Positions 47,039 through 55,644 are shown, numbered from the stretch's first letter. The stretch: DNA of 64,000 nt from Nitrospinae bacterium CG11_big_fil_rev_8_21_14_0_20_45_15 (GCA_002787235.1 PCWG01000033.1:62438-126437), one strand, 5' to 3'. Notes: generated by a model not told the origin, from the sequence alone. A program made the numbers and translations.

Positions 47039-47875
47039 ATGTTAGCTCGACGAATTATTCCTTGTCTCGATGTCAAAGACGGTCGTGTTGTCAAAGGTGT
47101 GAATTTTGTCAATCTGGTAGATGCGGGCGATCCGGTTCAAATAGCTTCGGCTTACGAAAAAGAAGGTGCCGACGAATTGGTTTTTCTTGACATCACGGCT
47201 TCGCACGAAAAACGCGATATTATTTTCGATGTGGTACGCGAAACAGCAGAGAAAGTTTTTATGCCGTTGACAGTGGGAGGTGGCGTGAGAACTTTGGACG
47301 ATATTCGTAATTTGCTACGATCAGGAGCGGATAAGGTCGCAATCAATACTGCCGCAGTGCATGATCCAGAATTTGTTCAGCAAGCGGCAAGGCGTTTTGG
47401 AAGCCAGTGCATAGTGGTTGCCATTGATGCACGCCGGGTTTTGAAGGATGAATCGCCGTCAGCGCAAACTTTTGACTGGAGTAACAAACATCCCGAATTG
47501 TTTTTAAAAGAAGGAGAAGATTTTCCTTTGTGGCAGGTGTACACGCATGGGGGAAGAAAATCGACAGGCATTCATGTGATTCGTTGGGCGAAACAGATGC
47601 AGGATTTTGGAGCGGGCGAAATATTGTTGACCAGTATGGATTGTGATGGCGTCAAACAGGGATATGACAATGAATTGAATGCAACCGTTTCCCAGAAAAT
47701 TGATATCCCTTTGATTGCGTCTGGAGGAGTGGGAAACCTGGAGCATTTATATGATGGTATCCAAAAAGGTCTGGCAGATGCTGTTTTAGCGGCTTCAATA
47801 TTTCATTTTAAAGAGCACACCATCAGTGAAGCAAAAAGTTATTTGCACAAAAGAGGGGTCTGCGTTCGCCCCTAA
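47039..47875 (+). CDS. hisF: Imidazole glycerol phosphate synthase cyclase subunit HisF
   Basis: [53 protein letters not shown]. Contains a ~25-aa insertion relative to compact HisF before the YTHGGRK strand. Confidence 0.95.
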   Translation: MLARRIIPCLDVKDGRVVKGVNFVNLVDAGDPVQIASAYEKEGADELVFLDITASHEKRDIIFDVVRETAEKVFMPLTVGGGVRTLDDIRNLLRSGADKVAINTAAVHDPEFVQQAARRFGSQCIVVAIDARRVLKDESPSAQTFDWSNKHPELFLKEGEDFPLWQVYTHGGRKSTGIHVIRWAKQMQDFGAGEILLTSMDCDGVKQGYDNELNATVSQKIDIPLIASGGVGNLEHLYDGIQKGLADAVLAASIFHFKEHTISEAKSYLHKRGVCVRP

Positions 47876-48807
47876 GCCACACCGCAGGAGTCCAGAGTCA
47901 ATGACTTGGTGTTACTATCCATCGTGGCCTTGATTCCCAAGGGGAGAGTCCACATCTCCTCACCATGGCCGATAGGCGCATTGATCAAAACAGGATAAGA
48001 ATATTCCGCGAAAATTTCTTCAATGATATGCTCAAGCGGACCATCTGTTTCATTTGCAGGTCGGCAACCTATCATTTCTCCCAGAATAACGCCCTTCAGG
48101 TTTTTTAACTTGCCCGCCTGTTTCAATTGCCATAACATTCCGTCAAGTTTGTAAAAAGGTTCATTCACATCCTCAATCAGCAAAATTTTGTTATCCGTTT
48201 TGATTTCATGCGGAGTTCTTAACGACCGGCAGAGAAGAGTAAGACAGCCGCCTGCCAATTCACCCTTGGCAGACCCCGGGCGAATGACTTGAATCTGGCG
48301 AGCCGTCATTTGCTTGGCTGAGGCTTTGCCCATCAAAATATCGGCGAATGATTTTTGAGATTTTCTCATCTCCGCTCTTCCAAAACTTCCTGCTACCATT
48401 GGGCCGTGAAAGGTGTGCAAGGCACATTTTTGATTCAAAAAAATATGCAAGGCGGTTGTATCACTGGAACCTACAAAAACTTTTGGATTATCGCGGATCA
48501 CCTTCGAAGTCAAAAGCGGCAGGATACGATTGGAACCATAACCCCCGCGCGCACAAAATATTCCTTTGATATCAGAATCCGCAAACATAGTCATCAAGTC
48601 GAAAGCACGTTCGGAATCGTTTCCCGCCATGGTCCGCTTTTTGTTTCCGATATTTTGACTTAAGACGGGATCGAATCCCATGCTTTTTATGACCTTCAAT
48701 CCTTTTTCCAAGTCATCAGAGTTTATAGCCCCTGCAGGAGCTATGATGCCGATGCGATCACCTTTTTTTAATTTTTTGGGTTTGTTTAATGATATTATTT
48801 TTGGCAT
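47872..48807 (-). CDS. LD-carboxypeptidase (peptidase S66, LdcA/MccF-like)
   Basis: [29 protein letters not shown] (Ser nucleophile block), C-terminal His/Glu region. Its stop codon overlaps the hisF stop. Confidence 0.88.
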   Translation of the reverse strand: MPKIISLNKPKKLKKGDRIGIIAPAGAINSDDLEKGLKVIKSMGFDPVLSQNIGNKKRTMAGNDSERAFDLMTMFADSDIKGIFCARGGYGSNRILPLLTSKVIRDNPKVFVGSSDTTALHIFLNQKCALHTFHGPMVAGSFGRAEMRKSQKSFADILMGKASAKQMTARQIQVIRPGSAKGELAGGCLTLLCRSLRTPHEIKTDNKILLIEDVNEPFYKLDGMLWQLKQAGKLKNLKGVILGEMIGCRPANETDGPLEHIIEEIFAEYSYPVLINAPIGHGEEMWTLPLGIKATMDSNTKSLTLDSCGVA

Positions 48808-48831
48808 CTCGAATTAATAAGGGAAATCGAA

Positions 48832-49605
48832 ATGACCCCCTTCAATAGATATGAAAATGAAAATTCTATAGGAGCCGTTATTCAGGCAAGAATAGGCTCC
48901 GTCCGAAGTCCTGGTAAAGTCCTGCACTCATTTGCAGGGTTCACTATAATAGAACATATTGTTAAACGGATTCAACTGATTAAGGAATTTTCCCTTGTTG
49001 CGTTAGCCATTCCAAGTTCTGAAAAAGAAGAACTCCTAGCTAAAGCAGGATCGCAAGCGGGTGCAATCATTGTGCGAGGTTCGGAAGAAGATGTTCTCAG
49101 CCGTTATATTTTAGCGGGAGAGCAGTTGGGAGTTCCTTATCTTGCGCGTATCTGTGGCGATTGCCCCTGGGTCGATTTAACTTTGGCCAGAGAATTAGCA
49201 CAATGTGCATTGGCAGGTAAAGCAGACTATATCGTAACAACCGACCCGATCCCTTTGGGAACCGGTTTGGAAATTATCAGTCTTTCGGCATTAAAGAGAA
49301 TTGATAAACTTGCCAGCGAACCTCGGTATCGGGAACATGTGACAACTTATATTCACGACCACCCCGATCAATTTGAGCGTTCTTTCATATCTGCACCCGA
49401 GTATCTTCGTAACAACAACTGTCGCCTGACGGTGGATACAGAGGACGATCTCCGATTTCAAGACAGCCTGATGGCTAGTCTGAATACTCAGGAAGCTCAC
49501 ACTATAGAATTGCCAGAAATTCTAACACATCTCAAATCCCATCCCGAACTGCTTCATATCAATGCCCATGTCCTTCAGAAAGATTGGCGCATTTCCCCTG
49601 AATAA
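48832..49605 (+). CDS. SpsF-like cytidylyltransferase-fold protein (sugar nucleotide / glycan modification)
   Basis: IGAVIQARIGSVRSPGKVL...G..IIEH...R, RGSEEDVLSRY, TTDP.P.G...E is the SpsF/acylneuraminate cytidylyltransferase-like pattern. Confidence 0.7.
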   Translation: MTPFNRYENENSIGAVIQARIGSVRSPGKVLHSFAGFTIIEHIVKRIQLIKEFSLVALAIPSSEKEELLAKAGSQAGAIIVRGSEEDVLSRYILAGEQLGVPYLARICGDCPWVDLTLARELAQCALAGKADYIVTTDPIPLGTGLEIISLSALKRIDKLASEPRYREHVTTYIHDHPDQFERSFISAPEYLRNNNCRLTVDTEDDLRFQDSLMASLNTQEAHTIELPEILTHLKSHPELLHINAHVLQKDWRISPE

Positions 49606-49620
49606 TTTTTGCAATAGAAC

Positions 49621-49648
49621 TAAAGTTTAAAGATTTTCAACCGTTATC
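49621..49648 (+). promoter_or_regulatory. Sigma-28 (FliA)-like promoter candidate for the first flagellin gene
   Basis: TAAAGTTT (49621-49628) is a perfect -35. After 11 nt, ACCGTTAT matches GCCGATAA at 5/8. Implies a ~320-nt leader. Confidence 0.45.
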
Positions 49649-49685
49649 AACAATTAAGGGGGCGAATGCCCTGTATTGATAACGG
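49641..49685 (+). repeat. Nested inverted repeat (10-bp outer stem, 4-bp inner GGGC/GCCC stem)
   Basis: CCGTTATCAA (49641-49650) pairs with TTGATAACGG (49676-49685). Inner hairpin GGGC-GAAT-GCCC at 49660-49671. Confidence 0.8.
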
Positions 49686-49728
49686 GGAACACAAAGAGGG
49701 CAGATGTTGAAATAATTAAAATTATAAA

Positions 49729-49904
49729 TTCGGATTGATTCAAAAGCGGAACTGCCTAAGGCCGCTCAAACAAAAGAGGGCAGGGGCGTAGCAGATGTGA
49801 TTTTCAGGAATAAAAGAACGTGAATAAATGTTTTCGGATTGATTCCGAGGCGGAACTGCCAGATGCCGCCAAAATTAAAGAAGGCAGGGGCGTAGCAGAT
49901 GTAA
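49729..49904 (+). repeat. Tandem direct repeat: two 72-nt copies (period 104 nt, 60/72 identical), plus a degenerate partial copy at ~49686-49710
   Basis: Copy A 49729-49800 and copy B 49833-49904 both read ttcggattgattc..gcggaactgcc....gccgc..aaa..aaaga.ggcaggggcgtagcagatgt.a. Confidence 0.9.
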
Positions 49905-49976
49905 AGAATTAAGAATGAAAACAAAAATACGATTTTGAAGTATATTTTTTCTAACTCTATGGTGGAGGATTAGGAG

Positions 49977-50834
49977 ATGCCAGTAAGAATTTTTAATAAT
50001 ATTCCCTCGTTGAATGCCCAGAGAATTTTGGGTATCAACAATGATCGACTTTCTACGTCGATCGAACGAATTTCATCAGGAATAAGGATCAACCGCGGTG
50101 CCGACGATGCCGCTGGTCTCGCCATTTCTGAAGGTTTGCGTTCCGATATTCGTGCTTTGCGTCAGGCGTCTAGAAATGCAAACGATGGAATTTCCCTCAT
50201 CAACGTAGCAGAAGGTGCTCTCAACGAACAAGGCAGTATCCTCATTCGTTTACGTGAGCTAGCCTCCCAGGCCTCGACCGGAACCGTTGGCTCGACTGAG
50301 CGAGCTACGATCCAATTGGAATTCAATCAGCTTCGTAACGAAGTTGACCGAATAGCGGTTACAACTGAATTCAACGGTCAGAAACTTGTGGATGGTTCAC
50401 TTGCTTCGAGTGTTGCAACTTCCAGTCAAATTCTCGTTCAGGTGGGGATCGATAACGGCGCGGACAGCCGTATTAACCTCAATCAACAGATTGATCTTTC
50501 TTCCATAACCCAAACAGGTTTGAGCATTGATTCGATCTCCGTATCAACAGCCGCAGCGGCATTGACGGCATTGGATACTATCAACACCGCCATCACCACA
50601 GTCACACAAAACCGTGGAAAGGTGGGTGCTGTGCAAAACCGACTGACGCGATCCATCGCTAATCTTGGCGTAACGATCGAAAACCTTTCGGCCGCTGAAT
50701 CTGCAATCAGAGATGCAGATATTGCGGAGGAAATTGCCTTGTTGACCCGAAACCAGATTCTGGTTCAATCTTCGACAGCAATGGTCGGGCAAGCTAATCT
50801 GATTCCGCAATCCATTCTCCAGCTCTTGGCCTAA
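49977..50834 (+). CDS. Flagellin (short, D0/D1-only type), paralog 1
   Basis: N-terminus MPVRIFNNIPSLNAQR...RISSG.RINRGADDAAGLAISE. C-terminus LTRNQILVQSSTAMVGQANLIPQSILQLL. RBS GGAGGATTAGGAG. Confidence 0.96.
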   Translation: MPVRIFNNIPSLNAQRILGINNDRLSTSIERISSGIRINRGADDAAGLAISEGLRSDIRALRQASRNANDGISLINVAEGALNEQGSILIRLRELASQASTGTVGSTERATIQLEFNQLRNEVDRIAVTTEFNGQKLVDGSLASSVATSSQILVQVGIDNGADSRINLNQQIDLSSITQTGLSIDSISVSTAAAALTALDTINTAITTVTQNRGKVGAVQNRLTRSIANLGVTIENLSAAESAIRDADIAEEIALLTRNQILVQSSTAMVGQANLIPQSILQLLA

Positions 50835-50886
50835 AGCCAGGGGTTTGGGGTTGCCTCATCAAAGGTTTAGGTGAGGGGGTGCTGTT

Positions 50887-51735
50887 ATGGTTAGCTTGAT
50901 TACCAATATGTCTTCTCTGAACGCCCAGAGAAACTTTGAAGCCAATGCTGAAAAGGTTGCTAACTCGATAAGAGTTGTTGCGGGTGGTGAAAGGATTGGT
51001 AAAGTATCGGACGATGCGGCGGGACTTGCAATTTCGGAGTCTCTGCGGTCAGATATAAGAGGTCTTCGGCAGGCGGCAAGAAATGTTAGCGATGGGATTT
51101 CATTAGTTCATACCGTCGAGGCATCTCTTGGGATTAATTCTAATATATTGATTCGCCTGCGAGAACTCGCCACACAGTCCGTCAATGGCGCGATAGGTAG
51201 CAATGAAAGACAATCGATCCAGCTGGAATTTTCTCAACTTCGCACTGAATTGGATCGCGTAGCAGGTTCGGCACAGTTCAACGGCATCAAGTTGCTTGAT
51301 GGAACTTTATCCAGTGCTTCGGCGGTTGACATCAATATTCAATTAGGTCTTGATGGCAGGTCGCAAAGCCGCATCGATTTAAATGCGGAACTGGATTTAA
51401 AAAGTTTAGACTCTTTTGGATTGGGATTGTCTACACTTACCGTTTCAAATGAGGCGGGTGCATTGTCGGCAATGACTGCAGTTGAAAATGCAATTGATAC
51501 GGTCGTTAAGGTCAGAGGCAACGTAGGAGCGGTTCAAAACCGTTTGGAACTAACATTAAAGAACCTGGGCTCGACTACTGAAAATCTTGTGCAAGCCGAT
51601 TCGACGATCCGAGATGCTGACATGGCAGAAGAAATTGCACTTTTAACCAGGAACCAAATTTTGACCGAGGCCGCCAGTGCTATGGTGAGCCAAAGTAATT
51701 TGATCCCACAAAATTTGATACAGATTTTAAAATAA
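50887..51735 (+). CDS. Flagellin, paralog 2 (divergent)
   Basis: MVSLITNMSSLNAQRNF..., DDAAGLAISESLRSD, LTRNQILTEAASAMVSQSNLIPQNLIQIL. Lies 52 nt after paralog 1. Confidence 0.95.
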   Translation: MVSLITNMSSLNAQRNFEANAEKVANSIRVVAGGERIGKVSDDAAGLAISESLRSDIRGLRQAARNVSDGISLVHTVEASLGINSNILIRLRELATQSVNGAIGSNERQSIQLEFSQLRTELDRVAGSAQFNGIKLLDGTLSSASAVDINIQLGLDGRSQSRIDLNAELDLKSLDSFGLGLSTLTVSNEAGALSAMTAVENAIDTVVKVRGNVGAVQNRLELTLKNLGSTTENLVQADSTIRDADMAEEIALLTRNQILTEAASAMVSQSNLIPQNLIQILK

Positions 51736-51852
51736 AAAAGAAGGTTCTAAAGGCACTCTAATTCTCCTTATTATATAAACTCCTCAAATGATTATTTCCC
51801 CTTGGGAAAATGATATCACTACGCGCCTGCGTATTTTTTTTACCCTCCCTCC

Positions 51853-51879
51853 TAAAGTAAGCTCCACTTCCTCCGATAT
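51853..51879 (+). promoter_or_regulatory. Sigma-28-like promoter for flagellin paralog 3
   Basis: TAAA (51853-51856), 15 nt, TCCGATAT (51872-51879), compared with consensus TAAA-N15-GCCGATAA. Implies a ~250-nt leader. Confidence 0.55.
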
Positions 51880-51963
51880 AGCTCATTGAGGACGATAGTA
51901 GCTAAAATCTTAAATAAAAAAATAAACAGGAGGGCTTGGAGTAACTGAAGTAAAAGCAGTAAA

Positions 51964-52133
51964 GGCGAGAAAATGGATTTTTCGCCTACGGGTTAAAGCT
52001 TGGAGGCTTGTTTTGGCATGGAGGTCAAAACAAATAACCCACAGACATCTCAAGGAAATTTCTAACCGTTCGGGTAAGTAGATCAAATCTAATCACCTTG
52101 ATATTTTTAGAAATTTCCACACATCACGGAGGA
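51964..52133 (+). promoter_or_regulatory. Structured flagellin leader with GGA motifs in hairpin loops and in the SD (CsrA-type site pattern)
   Basis: Hairpin 51964-51986 (9-bp stem, loop ATGGA). Hairpin 52010-52031 (GTTTTG/CAAAAC, loop GCATGGAGGT). Weak hairpin 51996-52009 (loop TTGGAG). A 9-bp long-range stem GGAAATTTC (52054-62) / GAAATTTCC (52110-18). SD GGAGGA at 52128-52133. Confidence 0.5.
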
Positions 52134-52137
52134 TAAA

Positions 52138-52995
52138 ATGCCAGTAAGAATCTTCAATAACATCCCATCTCTGAACGCCCAAAGATTTTTGGGTATCAAC
52201 AACGATCGTTTAGCTCAATCTGTAGAGCGAATTTCATCCGGTATTCGAATCAATAGAGGTGCCGACGATGCAGCAGGTCTCGCCATTTCAGAAGGATTGC
52301 GATCTGACATTCGTGCTCTAAAACAGGCTGTACGAAACGCCAACGACGGTATTTCTCTTATCAATACAACTGAGGGAGCACTCAACGAGCAAGCGGGTAT
52401 TCTGATCCGTCTTCGCGAGCTGTCTTCTCAAGCAGCAACAGGAACCGTAGGCTCGACCGAGCGTCAGACAATACAATTAGAGTTCAACGCACTGCGAAAT
52501 GAAATCGATCGTATCTCTACGACGACAGCATTCAATGGTCAAAAATTGGTCGATGGCTCTTTAGCATCAAGCGTTGCTTCTACAAGCCAAACCTTTATCC
52601 AGATTGGTTTGGACAGCGGTTCGGACAGTCGTATCAATCTCAACGAGCAGATCAATTTAGGATCCATCACTCAAACAGGACTGGGCATTGATACGTTGAG
52701 TGTCAGTACTGCCGCAGGCGCATTGACTGCTTTGGATACGATCAACACTGCGTTGACGACGGTTACGCAGGGTCGAGGTAAAGTGGGTGCGGTTCAGAAT
52801 CGATTGGTTCGATCCATTGCTAACCTTGGCGTAACGGTAGAGAATCTATCTTCAGCAGAATCATCCATTCGAGATGCCGATATTGCTGAAGAAATCGCTT
52901 TGTTGACCCGAAATCAGATCCTGGTTCAAGCGTCAACATCGATGGTGGGACAAGCCAACTTGATTCCCCAGTCAGTATTACAGCTACTCGGTTAA
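52138..52995 (+). CDS. Flagellin, paralog 3
   Basis: Near-identical termini to paralog 1 (MPVRIFNNIPSLNAQRFLG... LIPQSVLQLLG). Confidence 0.96.
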   Translation: MPVRIFNNIPSLNAQRFLGINNDRLAQSVERISSGIRINRGADDAAGLAISEGLRSDIRALKQAVRNANDGISLINTTEGALNEQAGILIRLRELSSQAATGTVGSTERQTIQLEFNALRNEIDRISTTTAFNGQKLVDGSLASSVASTSQTFIQIGLDSGSDSRINLNEQINLGSITQTGLGIDTLSVSTAAGALTALDTINTALTTVTQGRGKVGAVQNRLVRSIANLGVTVENLSSAESSIRDADIAEEIALLTRNQILVQASTSMVGQANLIPQSVLQLLG

Positions 52996-53060
52996 GATAA
53001 AATATAAAATCTCCCGGGTGATCTCGCCCGGGAGGTTGAAGTTTCACCAATTTGTAGAAC

Positions 53061-53099
53061 AAAAGCGTCCCCGTTTAAGCTGGGACGCTTTTTTCTTTT
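53061..53099 (+). terminator. Rho-independent terminator after flagellin paralog 3
   Basis: AAAAGCGTCCC (53061-71) / GGGACGCTTTT (53082-92) followed by TTCTTTT. An extra 8-bp hairpin CTCCCGGG/CCCGGGAG lies at 53011-53034. Confidence 0.85.
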
Positions 53100-53184
53100 A
53101 AATTCATTTCCCCGTAATATCCCCGCCAATACTGGGTTTCCAGCCCCTTTGTTTCTGCTAAAAAATCTATTTTAAAAATAAGTG

Positions 53185-53212
53185 TAAAGGTAAAATTCCA
53201 AATTCCCGATAA
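53185..53212 (+). promoter_or_regulatory. Sigma-28-like promoter for flagellin paralog 4
   Basis: TAAA (53185-88), 16 nt, CCCGATAA (53205-12). Implies a ~155-nt leader. Confidence 0.5.
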
Positions 53213-53315
53213 ATGGTTCATGTGGCGAGATGTCGTCACGAGATGTTTGCTACTCCAAGCAATTTACTCCAAGCATTTTGTTTATTTTTTAGAAGTAATC
53301 GGTACTCATTTGATT

Positions 53316-53329
53316 CAGCAAGGATGCTG
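53316..53329 (+). promoter_or_regulatory. Leader hairpin presenting AGGA in a tetraloop (CsrA-type site candidate)
   Basis: CAGCA-AGGA-TGCTG, 46 nt upstream of the ATG. The SD region AAGGAGGATAAGGAAAC (53358-53374) carries three more GGA. Confidence 0.45.
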
Positions 53330-53374
53330 GATCGGGCTAATAGAAATTCCATTTATCAAGGAGGATAAGGAAAC

Positions 53375-54232
53375 ATGCCCATAAGAATATTTAACAACAT
53401 ACCCTCGTTGAATGCCCAAAGAATTTTGGGAGTCAACAACGATCGATTATCTCAATCGGTCGAAAGAATTTCGTCTGGTATTCGTATCAATCGGGGTGCT
53501 GACGATGCGGCAGGTCTGGCTATTTCGGAATCATTGCGTTCCGACATCCGCGCCCTGAAGCAGGCGGTGAGAAATGCCAATGACGGTATTTCTTTGATCA
53601 ATGTTACAGAAGGCGCGCTCAATGAACAGTCGGGTATTCTTATACGACTGCGAGAGCTGGCATCACAGGCCGCAACCGGTACGGTAGGTTCGACAGAGCG
53701 TGCAACGATCCAGTTGGAATTCGACGCACTCCGAAACGAAATCGATCGAATCGCGAATACCACAGAATTTAACGGTCAGAAATTGGTCGATGGTTCATTG
53801 TCCTCGTCGGTTGTTTCTTCGGGAGAAATTTTGATTCAGGTCGGAATCGATGCATCCAGCAATAGCCGGATCAGTCTCAATACAGAAATCAATCTCACAT
53901 CCATCACCCAAACAGGCTTGGGCATTGATTCATTATCGGTCACTACAGCGGCGGGAGCTTTAACCGCTTTGGACACAATGAACAACGCTATTTCCCAGGT
54001 CACACAAGGCCGAGGTAAAGTGGGTGCTGTTCAAAACAGATTGGTGAGAACAATCGCCAACCTGTCTGTCACAGTAGAGAACTTATCCGCAGCTGAATCG
54101 GCAATCCGTGATGCGGATATCGCCGAAGAAGTAGCCTTATTAACGCGAAATCAAATCCTGGTGCAGGCAGCAACGGCCATGGTGGGGCAGGCAAATCTGA
54201 TTCCACAATCCGTCTTGCAGCTTCTCCAGTAG
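53375..54232 (+). CDS. Flagellin, paralog 4
   Basis: MPIRIFNNIPSLNAQRILG... LIPQSVLQLLQ. Confidence 0.96.
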   Translation: MPIRIFNNIPSLNAQRILGVNNDRLSQSVERISSGIRINRGADDAAGLAISESLRSDIRALKQAVRNANDGISLINVTEGALNEQSGILIRLRELASQAATGTVGSTERATIQLEFDALRNEIDRIANTTEFNGQKLVDGSLSSSVVSSGEILIQVGIDASSNSRISLNTEINLTSITQTGLGIDSLSVTTAAGALTALDTMNNAISQVTQGRGKVGAVQNRLVRTIANLSVTVENLSAAESAIRDADIAEEVALLTRNQILVQAATAMVGQANLIPQSVLQLLQ

Positions 54233-54354
54233 TTACGTCTGAAAAGACTTTGGGTTAGCGTCTTTACGAGTTGGCTCGGACCGAAAACTGGCAGGGAAGC
54301 CAAAGTCTTTATGAAATAAATTCGGTATATAACTTTTCAGGGAGTACATAAGCA

Positions 54355-55209
54355 ATGGCACTTAGAATTTTTACCAATCTTTCTTCGTTGAGCGCGCAGA
54401 AGTCGCTAGAGTACAATCGCTCCCAATTGGGGAAATCTATATCAAGAATTGCCTCAGGTGAAAGAATTACCTCTAGTGCTGACGATGGTGCAGGTTTGGC
54501 TATTACAGAAAGTCTGCGATCAGATGTCCGAACTTTGAAACAAGGCGTCAGAAACATTGGGGATGGATTGTCCCTTGTTAATACGGCAGAAGGTGCCTTG
54601 AATGAACAATCTTCGATAATCATTAGACTACGCGAACTGGCTTCGCAATCAGCAACTGGAACGATTGGCCAAACTGAAAGAGAAACTCTTAATCTTGAAT
54701 TCACCGCACTTCGTTCTGAGTTGGATCGAATTGCAAATACAACCGAGTTCAATGGTCAAAAGTTAGTTGATGGAAGTCTGGCATCGGGCAGTCCCAGTGG
54801 TGAGCTGATCTTGCAGGTGGGATTGGATGCCGGGGATGCAAACCGGTTCAATTTAAATCAAGAACTGGATTTAACCGCTGTCACATCAGTTTCGCTGGGA
54901 ATCAACGATGATTCAATTTCTACAGGCGGTTCCGCTTTGACAGCACTGGGGGCTCTTACTGCCGCACTCGATAGTGTAATAAAAATTCGAGGTAGAGTCG
55001 GAGCGGTGACCAACCGTTTGGGCAATGCTTTGAACAATGCAAATTCGGCTATTGAAAATTTGAATTCAGCTGTATCGACAATTCGCGATGCGGATTTGGC
55101 TGAAGAAGTGGCCCAATTGACTAAAAATCAAATTCTCGTGCAAGCGGCTTCATCCATGGTGGGTCAAGCTAATTTGATTCCGCAGTCGGTTTTGACCTTG
55201 CTACAGTAG
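54355..55209 (+). CDS. Flagellin, paralog 5 (divergent)
   Basis: MALRIFTNLSSLSAQKSLE..., DDGAGLAITESLRSD, LTKNQILVQAASSMVGQANLIPQSVLTLLQ. Confidence 0.95.
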   Translation: MALRIFTNLSSLSAQKSLEYNRSQLGKSISRIASGERITSSADDGAGLAITESLRSDVRTLKQGVRNIGDGLSLVNTAEGALNEQSSIIIRLRELASQSATGTIGQTERETLNLEFTALRSELDRIANTTEFNGQKLVDGSLASGSPSGELILQVGLDAGDANRFNLNQELDLTAVTSVSLGINDDSISTGGSALTALGALTAALDSVIKIRGRVGAVTNRLGNALNNANSAIENLNSAVSTIRDADLAEEVAQLTKNQILVQAASSMVGQANLIPQSVLTLLQ

Positions 55210-55266
55210 TCATTAAATATAAATTGATGCGTTCATACGCATGAAAATAATCCGGAGAAAAGTACA

Positions 55267-55455
55267 ATGTTAGCTATCTTTCCTAAAGCATTTTCGGTAG
55301 GTTTTTCATCAAGATCAGCAGTTTATTCTTCCAGTTCCTCGGACATTGAAGGCAAAATGGATGGCCAAAATGTGCCCTGGTTTGTAAAGGGTGAATCCCA
55401 GGCGATTACGATGATTCCAGATGGTTCAAAGTTAGACGATAAAAAACCATCCTGA
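55267..55455 (+). CDS. Small hypothetical protein (62 aa) downstream of the flagellins
   Basis: ATG preceded by GGAG plus 9 nt. No homology recognised. May be non-coding. Confidence 0.25.
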   Translation: MLAIFPKAFSVGFSSRSAVYSSSSSDIEGKMDGQNVPWFVKGESQAITMIPDGSKLDDKKPS

Positions 55456-55644
55456 GAAAAATCAGCAAGCGGTTCCAATTCGGCTCATACGTTGATTTTA
55501 TAAAGCACGTTTGCCGGAAAAGAACCCGTCCACAAGCTGGAATGAAAAATTGACCAATCTACCGGGAATTTATATAAGCTGGAGGCTGAAAATTTTCCCC
55601 CTGCAGACTGACTCATTCAGTCGGTAGGATCTATCTTCTTAAGC

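Noticed and set aside
49686-49904. CRISPR array upstream of the flagellins
   Set aside because: There are only ~2.3 copies of a 72-nt unit with a 32-nt linker. The units are 83% rather than ~100% identical, no cas genes are present, and the period is too long.
54233-54354. Sigma-28 promoter for flagellin 5
   Set aside because: The best alignment (CAAAGTCT ... TTCGGTAT) matches the -10 consensus poorly at any legal spacing. Gene 5 may be co-transcribed with gene 4 or use another sigma factor, so I did not call it.
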